A DNA stretch of 64,000 nt from Candidatus Micrarchaeota archaeon (lineage in GTDB: Archaea; Micrarchaeota; Micrarchaeia; Micrarchaeales; CABMGC01): positions 389 through 64,388 of the forward strand of contig DAHVMJ010000002.1 of assembly GCA_027319905.1 (NCBI GenBank), given 5' to 3'. The notes beneath the pieces were generated by a model that ran no database searches, had not been told where the DNA came from, and saw only the letters and a list, made by a program, of their open reading frames with translations. Below, one piece after another: positions 36,920-44,512 of the stretch; position 1 is the first letter of the stretch; every line of letters starts with the position of its first letter. Both the position numbers and the translations under genes were made by a program.

Positions 36920-36940
36920 GGGCCCGTAGCTTAGTCTGGT
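36920..36940 (+). other. Extra copy of the first 21 nt of tRNA-Ile (orphan att-like fragment, or true 5' exon if the insertion is an intron)
   Basis: GGGCCCGTAGCTTAGTCTGGT is the acceptor 5' strand plus D-arm 5' half. Its first 13 nt recur at 38056-38068 and its last 8 nt (one mismatch) recur at 38097-38104. Confidence 0.7.
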
Positions 36941-38055
36941 CGTATATACGTTAGATTTAAATGACTCTGTTACTAAAATAGTCACGATACTTATGAGGTT
37001 TCAATTTGCCAGAGGACAACAAGAAGAGTTTATCAAAACTTTCTTAAAGCAAGAGAGAGTATCCCTCACAACTGCCGCTAGGTTTCTCAGCGTAGGCAAA
37101 ACGACTCTTAAAAGATGGCTAAAAGAAGAGGTCACTCTTCCTGAAACCGCATTTCATACAATTTGCGTTAAAATGCCAGACTTAAGAATCTACAAAAAAC
37201 AGATAATAAAAATACTTCCGGATAATTGGGGTCAAATACAAGGTGGCAGATCGAGGGTTATTCAAATAAAAAACATTAACGAATATCTGAGTTCTGTAAG
37301 AGCTGCTAAAAATAAAAAAAGATTAGTGGCGGCACAAATAACAAAACGCAAGCTTAAATTCTCAAGCCAACTTCTCAACAATCTTATTGAAGATCACGTT
37401 GATCTAGAAGCACTATTAGCCACTTGTTTACTAACTGATGGTTCTCTGACTAGAGACGGTAACAGTTACAGAATAGGATACTATACAAAAGACCAAGCCT
37501 TGCGTAAATTCGTAAAAAGCCTGCTATTTGAGTTAAGCGCCTTTGTGCCTTCAGAAATTCTTACAAAAAAGAGCGTTTACGCAATCAGAGTAAGTGACTA
37601 TCGGCTAGCACAACAACTACTTAGATTGTCGCCGTCATATAAAAAGACAGCAAGGAACCATCAGACGATTAAAAGCTACTTGAAAGAGCGCCAACCTTCT
37701 TTGGCTTTCCTAAAAGAGGCAGATGAAAAAACGATGACCTGGTGCATACGGCTAGCCTTTTCTGCAGAGGGGTCCATCTCAATTTCTCAGAGCAACACTA
37801 TCGAACTTAATTTTGCCTGTTACCATCCTAAGTTGGCCAAGGAGTGGTTAGAGATTTTTAAAAACTACGGATTAGAAGGCCACATCGGCAGAGAAAAGAA
37901 ATCTTGGAGTGGAATTGATGGCGTTAGGGTCTACTCTCTGGCCTCTCTTAAGAATTTTGTCGGATTGGGAGGATTCCTGCCCGGAGTTGTAGTATCCAAC
38001 AAAAGCAAGCGTTATAAAGGCTTAGAGAAAAACGAGGTATTGAATAAAGCCGTAA
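36941..38055 (+). mobile_element. AT-rich insertion carrying a LAGLIDADG homing-endonuclease-like gene, bracketed by repeats of the tRNA-Ile 5' segment
   Basis: Composition is visibly A/T-rich relative to both flanks. It has a single ORF with its own TTTAAAT box and is flanked by direct repeats derived from the tRNA. Confidence 0.6.
36956..36962 (+). promoter_or_regulatory. TATA-box-like element for the LAGLIDADG ORF
   Basis: The centre of TTTAAAT lies about 34 nt upstream of ATG 36993. Confidence 0.35.
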
Positions 38056-38120
38056 GGGCCCGTAGCTTTCCTGTGTCTCGAAAACATGGGGCTGAAAGCC
38101 TGGTTGGAGCGTCCGACTGA
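36993..38120 (+). CDS. Double-motif LAGLIDADG homing-endonuclease-like protein with an N-terminal HTH
   Basis: Two LAGLIDADG-type motifs are present (LLATCLLTDGSL and IRLAFSAEGSI), plus an N-terminal HTH (SLTTAARFLSVGKTTLKRWL). The last 22 codons or so read through the tRNA-Ile sequence. The stop is the TGA inside the anticodon loop cTGAtaa. Confidence 0.7.
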   Translation: MRFQFARGQQEEFIKTFLKQERVSLTTAARFLSVGKTTLKRWLKEEVTLPETAFHTICVKMPDLRIYKKQIIKILPDNWGQIQGGRSRVIQIKNINEYLSSVRAAKNKKRLVAAQITKRKLKFSSQLLNNLIEDHVDLEALLATCLLTDGSLTRDGNSYRIGYYTKDQALRKFVKSLLFELSAFVPSEILTKKSVYAIRVSDYRLAQQLLRLSPSYKKTARNHQTIKSYLKERQPSLAFLKEADEKTMTWCIRLAFSAEGSISISQSNTIELNFACYHPKLAKEWLEIFKNYGLEGHIGREKKSWSGIDGVRVYSLASLKNFVGLGGFLPGVVVSNKSKRYKGLEKNEVLNKAVRARSFPVSRKHGAESLVGASD

Positions 38121-38158
38121 TAATCGGAAGGTCGGGAGTTCAAATCTCCCCGGGCCCA
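38056..38158 (+). tRNA. tRNA-Ile (anticodon GAU), interrupted in the D arm
   Basis: Acceptor GGGCCCG/CGGGCCC plus A73, anticodon stem TCCGA/TCGGA, loop CTGATAA, T arm GGGAG-TTCAAAT-CTCCC. There is either a 28-nt intervening sequence (38069-38096) between GCTT and AGCCTGGTTGGAGC, or the 5' exon lies at 36920-36940. Confidence 0.75.
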
Positions 38159-38226
38159 CTTTTCAAGCGAAAGAATAATAATGGGCGGAAAACAGGAAGA
38201 TGTAATTTCCGAGATTTGGGAGTTTT

Positions 38227-38934
38227 ATGGCTGAAAGGATCGTGGCCACATGCATGGACCGCAGGCTGCCTCAGAAAATAGGTGCCATTGCCGATGGGAT
38301 ACACGTAAGCAACGCCGGCTGCAACATCGCGGCGATGAGGGACACGCTTGTCGCGCTCGCGCGTCAGGACAAGGAGATAAGGGAGATAGTAGCATACGTG
38401 CACACTGACTGCGGTGCAATGGGCGCTGTGGACGATGCGCGGAATGGACACGTGCACAAGTACGGCGGCCGCATAAAACACACACTTCTAGACGTATTCA
38501 TGGGAAGGAGCTGGAAAGGCCGCGATGACCTGGAAAGACGCGAGAACGTTGGCGTGCAGCTGAAGGCGCTGGAGGAGATACCCGCTCTGGTGGGCAGAGA
38601 GATAGCGGTAAGGGTTGAGCTGATAGAGACAAGCGCGATAAAAGTGCCGGAGATCGACCATAGCGAGTTTGCGCTTCTTATCCTCAAGCCATCCGAATCT
38701 TCTGTGCCTGAGGCGATATCAAAAGCAGGTCTAAAGCAGTTCGCCACGTATGTTGTACAGCTTCTGAATGTGAGCGAGGCTCTCGGTGACATAGAGCTCA
38801 CGATAAACAACCTTCACGTCGGCCGCGTTGTACTGGGAGTCGCGGCGTCGTCCAAAGCCCAGACGCTCTCTGACAAGCAGACCCTAAAATCCGCATTCCC
38901 AAATCTGGAGCCTGAAGAGGCTTACGTGGAATAA
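38227..38934 (+). CDS. Beta-class carbonic anhydrase (Cab/clade D)-like protein with an extra C-terminal domain
   Basis: TCMDRRL (CxDxR), VSNAGC and VHTDCGAM (HxxC) occur with the spacing seen in clade-D beta-CAs. The C-terminal 120 aa or so are unassigned. Confidence 0.5.
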   Translation: MAERIVATCMDRRLPQKIGAIADGIHVSNAGCNIAAMRDTLVALARQDKEIREIVAYVHTDCGAMGAVDDARNGHVHKYGGRIKHTLLDVFMGRSWKGRDDLERRENVGVQLKALEEIPALVGREIAVRVELIETSAIKVPEIDHSEFALLILKPSESSVPEAISKAGLKQFATYVVQLLNVSEALGDIELTINNLHVGRVVLGVAASSKAQTLSDKQTLKSAFPNLEPEEAYVE

Positions 38935-38949
38935 AAGGCGCCATAATAG

Positions 38950-39228
38950 CTACAGAAAGTGGACTGCGATAAAGAGCATCAAGAAGTTCAGTGCCAGAAG
39001 GCCAGCGACCTTTAAGGTTCCAATGTCAGACCCATAGGACCTGCAAAACCTAATGTAGGCGCCACTTGTAGCTATCGAGAATAGCAAAGCAGCAGGCCAG
39101 TACGCCCAGAATCCGGTAAGTGCAAGGACAACAGAGAAAGTGGTTCCCAGACTGATTGAGAGGGCAGCGCTCATGGCGAACCCGTTCTCGACTATACTCT
39201 GCTTGTAGATTTTTTGCATATTGCGCAT
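38950..39228 (-). CDS. Small membrane protein (3 TMH), last gene of the eight-gene operon
   Basis: Hydrophobic 92-aa product. Its start overlaps the upstream stop. Confidence 0.5.
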   Translation of the reverse strand: MRNMQKIYKQSIVENGFAMSAALSISLGTTFSVVLALTGFWAYWPAALLFSIATSGAYIRFCRSYGSDIGTLKVAGLLALNFLMLFIAVHFL

Positions 39229-39410
39229 CAGATCACCATGTAGACGAGCAGGGATGCAAGGAATAGAACGATGAAGCCGAAGGCCTGCCTGTACACAGTG
39301 TCGTTCCTACTGCCTGCAACTGAGCAAACGAGAATGGCGGATATGTATGCGCTCGAGATCATGGCGCTGGCCTTCATCACCGCAACGTCAAATGGTATAA
39401 GTATGTCCAT
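39228..39410 (-). CDS. Small membrane protein (TM hairpin, 60 aa)
   Basis: Two hydrophobic helices, tightly coupled to its neighbours. Confidence 0.45.
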   Translation of the reverse strand: MDILIPFDVAVMKASAMISSAYISAILVCSVAGSRNDTVYRQAFGFIVLFLASLLVYMVI

Positions 39411-39411
39411 A

Positions 39412-39876
39412 CTATATTGTCTCTAAATCGAGCGAGTAACCGGCTAGATACTGGAGCAATACTCCAGACTCACCTCCGAAGTAAAATAAACGCCTGACTG
39501 GTTCTGTCGAATCACTGACGAATAGAACAAGTCGCGAATTGCAGGGCGGCGCAGCCATGTACGCGCTGCGTGAGTGCCCTTTCATGTCTGCCATGCCCAA
39601 CTTCAGGAATGCTACTCTCCTGATATTTTCCGCAGATTTGTTTTTGGGAGCAAGGCCATTTACAAGCAGCATGTCGTACGCTTCTCTCACAAATGCCTCT
39701 TCGCTTTTTGGCTCTAACCTTCCAGATGCAATTGAATCGGGATTCGGCAACATGCTCCCCGTGATTTCCGGGGCTACGATTGTTACGCGGTCTCTCACCA
39801 CAGCCACAGATTTTGCAACGATAACAAAAGCTATACCAAAAAGCACCGGCATGAACTGTAAAAGATAGCTCAACAA
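39412..39876 (-). CDS. N-terminally membrane-anchored protein (154 aa)
   Basis: Single N-terminal TMH (FMPVLFGIAFVIVAKSVAVV) followed by a soluble domain. Confidence 0.5.
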   Translation of the reverse strand: MLSYLLQFMPVLFGIAFVIVAKSVAVVRDRVTIVAPEITGSMLPNPDSIASGRLEPKSEEAFVREAYDMLLVNGLAPKNKSAENIRRVAFLKLGMADMKGHSRSAYMAAPPCNSRLVLFVSDSTEPVRRLFYFGGESGVLLQYLAGYSLDLETI

Positions 39877-39884
39877 GATGTTGC

Positions 39885-40568
39885 TCAGATTCTCACCAAG
39901 TTAAATGTGCCTCTTCCCGCGTTCACAACTCTGTAGCCCATACTCTCGGCTCCGTCCAACGCCTCCGTCACTTCCTTTTTCTCTATACCAAGCCTGCCAG
40001 CAATACTCTCGATACTGTAGTCAGTAAGGCCCGACAGCAAGACAGCCTTCAATACGACCCTTTTGAAATTCTTTTCTATTCTATCTCTCGCTTCCACAAG
40101 CGTTAGATTCTCGTTCATGACCGCGATGAGTCTCTTTGAGAGAATAATATCGGGCAGTTCCATACCGGTGTGTTTGCTCTCGCGCTGCAGCATATCGAGC
40201 TGCTGCTCCGCAATCGTCATTATCAGATATGGATAGACGGATCCGATTTCGATTTTGTAGCAGTCAGAGAGCGTCTGCATAACGCCCAGCAGTCTAAGCA
40301 TCGCTTCTTGGATGAAGCGCATTGGAGTGAGCCTGGAATAGATGCTCATGGAAATGCTTTCTTTGCCTAGCTCCAGAAGAAAGAAATGGTCTTCACCTTC
40401 TGCGGCACTCATCGAATATAGCAGTTTGGTTCCATCGCGTTCGAGCGTCATGCCGGGGTACGGTACCAGGCATCTTTTGATCTTGGCAAAGCCGGAGATA
40501 AGAACTGCGTTCACGCTTATGCTGCTGAACAAATAGTCTTTGTTCCTCATTCCACCAGCTGCGCTCAT
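39885..40568 (-). CDS. Cytoplasmic protein with a C-terminal winged-helix-like region (227 aa)
   Basis: No TMH. The C-terminus SIESIAGRLGIEKKEVTEALDGAESMGYRVV is wHTH-like. There is a 4-nt overlap with the ATPase gene. Confidence 0.5.
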   Translation of the reverse strand: MSAAGGMRNKDYLFSSISVNAVLISGFAKIKRCLVPYPGMTLERDGTKLLYSMSAAEGEDHFFLLELGKESISMSIYSRLTPMRFIQEAMLRLLGVMQTLSDCYKIEIGSVYPYLIMTIAEQQLDMLQRESKHTGMELPDIILSKRLIAVMNENLTLVEARDRIEKNFKRVVLKAVLLSGLTDYSIESIAGRLGIEKKEVTEALDGAESMGYRVVNAGRGTFNLVRI

Positions 40569-41677
40569 TCTTTCAACCTTGAAGACACTGCGATAGCAAA
40601 CGAATCTGCCAGCGCGTCCTCGTCTATTCCAAGCTTTCTCAGTACTCCAAGAAGTTTCCTGCCACGCGTCCCTTTGTCAAGGAGGGCTGCTATCATCACG
40701 GAAAGGTCAACATAACCATTCTTCTCTCCTGCATGCAGGGCTTCAGATGCGGCGCCTTCACCGCACACCTCTCTCATAGCGTCCTCCAGTTTCGATTTCG
40801 TTATCTCAAACCGCGTTTTGTCACCCGTTTTCAACATAAGTGTTTCCTCAAACTCAATCCCGTGCACCTTCTCTACAAGACAGAGTTCCATTTTCCCCGT
40901 GGCCAGCGACTGCATCACCATACAGCTGCCAACGCCCAACTCCTGTATCATTTCCACCTGCCCGTTTCCAAGGCCGTAGTTGGCAGCGAGCCTGCGCAAT
41001 CCCTGTCTGTTCTGCAACCTGAAGACGAAAATCGTGGCTGCATTCGAGAGCATAGCCAGATCCATGTCCTCTGCAAGCTGCGAAGAGAAGATGAGCCCGT
41101 AGCCATACTTCCTCCCTTCCCTGAGTAGCGATTGCAGCACCTTGCTGCCATCAAGTAGCTTCCAGGCCTCGTCTAGCATCACGAACACCTTCCTGTTATC
41201 CCCGCTACGCATGCGCATGTTCTCTATCACCTGACTCAGAACCTTGTCTGCAACGCTGACCCTTGATTTCTGATTCCTTTCCTCGGCAAGGTTAAGATAG
41301 AGCACTCCAGAGCCTTTTGCAGCTAGCGATTCTGCGAAGTTTTCCGAACACGTTCGTTTTTCTCCGATGAGTCTGACAAAATTCTCGTATTCTCCGGTGA
41401 AGTCAATCAGGGCTATGGTCGAGCTCCGTATCTCGGCGAGTTTCAGCATAAGGTTACGCATCAGATATGTCTTGCCGCTGCCCGTTATGCCGCATACGAA
41501 TATGTGGGGGTTGATTACGTTATCCAGGTCCAGAAAATACGGTAGCCCGCGCGTTCGCCCTATGAGAATTCCACTCTTTGCTGACTCCAAGGCGCGTCTT
41601 ATCTCTTGCGCCTTCAGATCGGGAAACCTGATGAGATCTGACGCCATGGAAACCTTTACGAATGAACCATCACTCAC
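40565..41677 (-). CDS. FtsK/HerA-superfamily P-loop ATPase, VirB4/CedB-HerA-like
   Basis: Walker A VCGITGSGKTYL, Walker B VFVMLDEAWKLL (DEAW as in VirB4/TrbE-type ATPases) and REGRKYGYGLIFSSQ (HerA-like). Confidence 0.75.
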   Translation of the reverse strand: MSDGSFVKVSMASDLIRFPDLKAQEIRRALESAKSGILIGRTRGLPYFLDLDNVINPHIFVCGITGSGKTYLMRNLMLKLAEIRSSTIALIDFTGEYENFVRLIGEKRTCSENFAESLAAKGSGVLYLNLAEERNQKSRVSVADKVLSQVIENMRMRSGDNRKVFVMLDEAWKLLDGSKVLQSLLREGRKYGYGLIFSSQLAEDMDLAMLSNAATIFVFRLQNRQGLRRLAANYGLGNGQVEMIQELGVGSCMVMQSLATGKMELCLVEKVHGIEFEETLMLKTGDKTRFEITKSKLEDAMREVCGEGAASEALHAGEKNGYVDLSVMIAALLDKGTRGRKLLGVLRKLGIDEDALADSFAIAVSSRLKE

Positions 41678-42405
41678 TCCAGATCACCTTCTGCTTCGAG
41701 TTCATTCAGTAGTCTCTCGCCCATGAGAATTTCGTGCTCCAAGCCAAGCGTTGACGAAAACGATCCAGATATAAAGCCCGCGTTCCTCACTGCCTCTCTT
41801 GCGGCTTCGGTCGCGCTCCAGGATTTTGCAAACGTCCGCAGCCGCATCTTCATTGCCAGTAGTTTTTCCCCGCGTACGCTGCGTATCTCATTATCTATCA
41901 CACTCAGTTCCCTCCTCAGCCCGTTGACCTTATCGTAATTCTTTGGGTCACTTCTCGCAATCTCTATCTCCTTTAGCCTCCTTCTCTCCTCCAGCCCATC
42001 GAGTACGCGACCGTGGTCCACGCTTCTCAGGCCCAGACTGAACTCAAAAGGAAAATCCGTTTTTGTGACCATCGCTTCGATATGCTCTCCGTTCCTCTCA
42101 GCCGCGCCGCCGCTCAGAAGCACGCACGACACCGCGACGTAACCATTGCTGGCCCTCTTCACCGCTGCCGCGAGATCATCACTCAGCGTGTAGCCATTGT
42201 ACACTTCTATGACCCTTCCTTTTTTCAGCAATAGGTTGTTCAAGATGTGCCCCGAGCGGAAGTAAACAGCTGCGACGAGCAGCAGCGCCGCAGATAACGC
42301 GGCAAGATAATAGCCGCCAGATACCAGCCCCAGCAAAAATGTGGCTGTGGCCATGACGTAGAAAGCATACGAATAAATTCTGTTATTGATTTCCCAGTCT
42401 AGCAT
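41674..42405 (-). CDS. Membrane-anchored protein (N-terminal TM hairpin plus soluble domain), possible VirB3/VirB4 N-domain equivalent
   Basis: Two adjacent TMHs (YAFYVMATATFLLGLVSGGYYLAALSAALLLVAAVYF). There is a 4-nt overlap with the downstream ATPase gene. Confidence 0.5.
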   Translation of the reverse strand: MLDWEINNRIYSYAFYVMATATFLLGLVSGGYYLAALSAALLLVAAVYFRSGHILNNLLLKKGRVIEVYNGYTLSDDLAAAVKRASNGYVAVSCVLLSGGAAERNGEHIEAMVTKTDFPFEFSLGLRSVDHGRVLDGLEERRRLKEIEIARSDPKNYDKVNGLRRELSVIDNEIRSVRGEKLLAMKMRLRTFAKSWSATEAAREAVRNAGFISGSFSSTLGLEHEILMGERLLNELEAEGDLE

Positions 42406-42409
42406 CTGA

Positions 42410-43411
42410 TCACAGGAGGCTCAGCTTTCCGAAGAAATTCCCAGCTCCAAGCAGTTCCGAAAGTTCTCGAATGGAGATGGCGGTTAGCATCAGGCTGAAC
42501 GCGGGCAGCACGAAAGTAGATACTATGAAATAAGCTATCGCGCTGAAGAGATAGCTGATGAGGTTGGAAAGCCGGACGGCAATCCCGCTTCCAATATTGC
42601 TCAGCTCTGCTACTATGCCTGTAGCGTTGTCTCCCTGCCCAGCATACGAGAGCGTACTGCTCTCTATCGCATTGAGATTGGCGGATAGCGTGGAGAGCGA
42701 TGTTTGGTTTGCAAGAAGTGAGTACTGACTCACTAACGACGCATTCATCAGATACGTGAGCGGCAGCACAACATACAAGCCTATGGTTAGCGCTATCAGA
42801 AAACTGCCCGCTTTTCTTGAAGGATAGAAAGAACGTAGCACAAGCCCGAGCGGAAGTAGTATGGTGAGCGCGCTTGCTGCTATGAATACCAGCACAGACG
42901 CCTGCACAGTAACGCTTACCGCCGCAGCGCCGAGCATTTGTACTGCACTCTGAATCTGAGCAAGCACAGGACCGAGGAAGCTTCTGAATATGCCAAGCGC
43001 CGCATAGAGAGATACCAAACCGGCTATGATGAGCGAAACAGAGCTTAGTATCGATGAGTGCTGCGTGCCAAGATACCGATAGGGCGCCGGTCCCACCAGG
43101 TAGTTGTACGCGAAACAGATTGCTGCATTGTACTGCAGGAAAGTGTTGCAGCTTATGCTAGTTCCCCTTGCCAGAGCCAGCGAGTTTACCAAAGACCCCA
43201 CAAGCCCTCCACTAGTGAACAACAGCAAGAAGCCTCCAACCAGTGCCCCGTTTACCAGCGATTGGAAGATCTCGTTCCTTCCAAACTCCTTGAACTTCTT
43301 TTCGTTAAGCGCGTAGCCCAAGCCCAACGCTATGCCTCCTATGGCGAGCATGATGCTCACAAGCAAGACGGATATGTTCAGGCCGTATCCCCCGAACGGC
43401 ATCGTCTGCAT
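42410..43411 (-). CDS. Polytopic membrane protein (at least 6 TMH), VirB6/CedA-like by position and topology
   Basis: 333 aa, hydrophobic throughout, with one Ser/Asn-rich loop of about 60 aa. Confidence 0.55.
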   Translation of the reverse strand: MQTMPFGGYGLNISVLLVSIMLAIGGIALGLGYALNEKKFKEFGRNEIFQSLVNGALVGGFLLLFTSGGLVGSLVNSLALARGTSISCNTFLQYNAAICFAYNYLVGPAPYRYLGTQHSSILSSVSLIIAGLVSLYAALGIFRSFLGPVLAQIQSAVQMLGAAAVSVTVQASVLVFIAASALTILLPLGLVLRSFYPSRKAGSFLIALTIGLYVVLPLTYLMNASLVSQYSLLANQTSLSTLSANLNAIESSTLSYAGQGDNATGIVAELSNIGSGIAVRLSNLISYLFSAIAYFIVSTFVLPAFSLMLTAISIRELSELLGAGNFFGKLSLL

Positions 43412-43415
43412 CTAG

Positions 43416-43793
43416 CTACACCGACGAATTGGTTATGTTCACAAGAAGATGGGTCGAAGCCAACGCGAGCCCGTTGGAGGCAACCGAGAGCACTGCCACT
43501 ATTACGGCCCCGATCAGTATGTCTATCGAGGTGGCGTGCAGGCTCGCCCTTTTCGTCGCTGGAAATAACTGTCCTATCGCATAGAAAATGCCTGCTAGTA
43601 TGAACAATATCGCGCTAAGCACGGGCCCCAGGTGTGCCAATAAGGTCTGAATATTTGTCAGCGTTGCCACAATGTCAAAGGATAGAGGAGCAGCATACGT
43701 TTTCGCAGGCATCAAAGCCAAGAGAAGCCACATAACCTTCGCGTACCGTTTAATCAGAGCCAGCCATCCGAGATCCAAACCTGCGGTTCCCAT
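43416..43793 (-). CDS. Small secreted or membrane protein with TrbC/VirB2-pilin-like architecture
   Basis: Signal peptide (MWLLLALMPAKTYA|APLS) followed by two hydrophobic helices joined by the short basic loop FPATKRASLH. Confidence 0.55.
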   Translation of the reverse strand: MGTAGLDLGWLALIKRYAKVMWLLLALMPAKTYAAPLSFDIVATLTNIQTLLAHLGPVLSAILFILAGIFYAIGQLFPATKRASLHATSIDILIGAVIVAVLSVASNGLALASTHLLVNITNSSV

Positions 43794-43796
43794 ATA

Positions 43797-43830
43797 TTTA
43801 CCTTAGGTAATGATTATTTACCTAAGTAAA
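43797..43830. promoter_or_regulatory. Paired palindromic boxes in the divergent intergenic region
   Basis: TTTACCTTAGGTAA (arms TTACCT/AGGTAA) and TTTACCTAAGTAAA (arms TTTAC/GTAAA) are 6 nt apart. They lie between the start of the eight-gene operon and a TATATAA element. Confidence 0.35.
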
Positions 43831-43900
43831 AGTATATAAGCTTTTCCGACAAACTGATAAATGACCATTGCGGTGTGGTCGAATGATAAGCATAAATATA

Positions 43901-43922
43901 TGTTTAAACATACGTTTAAACG
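43901..43922. promoter_or_regulatory. Tandem 10-bp palindromes just upstream of vapB (candidate antitoxin operator)
   Basis: TGTTTAAACA-TA-CGTTTAAACG ends 6 nt before ATG 43929 and is preceded by ATAAATATA. Confidence 0.4.
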
Positions 43923-43928
43923 ATAAAA

Positions 43929-44144
43929 ATGGTGAAGACAATAACTATAAAGACAGAGGTCTACAGGAAGCTGCTCAAAGAAAAAATGCCAAAGGAGAGC
44001 TTCAGCGATCTCTTTGAGAGGCTACTAGAAACAGCAACTCCGGCCGTAATTATGAAACGTATCCGTGGTTCAGTGGTGTGGAAGGACAAGGAGAAGCTTC
44101 TAGCAGATATTCGCTCTAAGAGAGCGGGGAGACGGTTTGAATGA
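43929..44144 (+). CDS. vapB: VapB-type antitoxin
   Basis: 71-aa protein starting MVKTITIKTEVYRKLLKEK. Its stop overlaps the start of the PIN gene (ATGA). Confidence 0.7.
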   Translation: MVKTITIKTEVYRKLLKEKMPKESFSDLFERLLETATPAVIMKRIRGSVVWKDKEKLLADIRSKRAGRRFE

Positions 44145-44512
44145 TACTCATAGACACGGATGCGCTTATTGAGATACTGGACAAGCACTCAGACGCAGGC
44201 ATGAGGCTGTCAGAGAAAGTAATCGCCAGCGGCGAAGAGTTTTGTACATCTGCCATTAATATGCACGAGATACTTTACGGCTACGTTAAATACTCGAAGT
44301 CTATTGACGAAATCCTGCTTCTTAGAGTACTTGAGTATACAAAAGCCGATGCGCTGCTCTCTTCCGAGCTAGAGGCGGCAATTCCAGGAAGAAGCAATGC
44401 AGAGTTGAGATCTGACGCAATGATTGCTGCAATAGCGATAAATCATGGCTGTAAGTTGCTAACTGGTAACCGAAAAGATTTCGAAAATTTCAAGAGCATC
44501 GAGTTTTTCTAA
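44141..44512 (+). CDS. vapC: PIN-domain toxin VapC
   Basis: The four-position PIN signature is present: ILIDTDALIE, MHEIL, RSDAMIAAIA and TGNRKDF. Confidence 0.85.
   Translation: MILIDTDALIEILDKHSDAGMRLSEKVIASGEEFCTSAINMHEILYGYVKYSKSIDEILLLRVLEYTKADALLSSELEAAIPGRSNAELRSDAMIAAIAINHGCKLLTGNRKDFENFKSIEFF

Noticed and set aside
38056-38110. I attempted to identify a canonical bulge-helix-bulge splice motif for either the 28-nt or the 1164-nt intervening sequence in tRNA-Ile.
   Set aside because: By eye I find only a GCTTTC/GAAAGC helix (38065-38070 with 38094-38099) and a possible 3-nt bulge. I cannot find a convincing 3-4-3 BHB, so I make no claim about the splicing mechanism or exact junctions.
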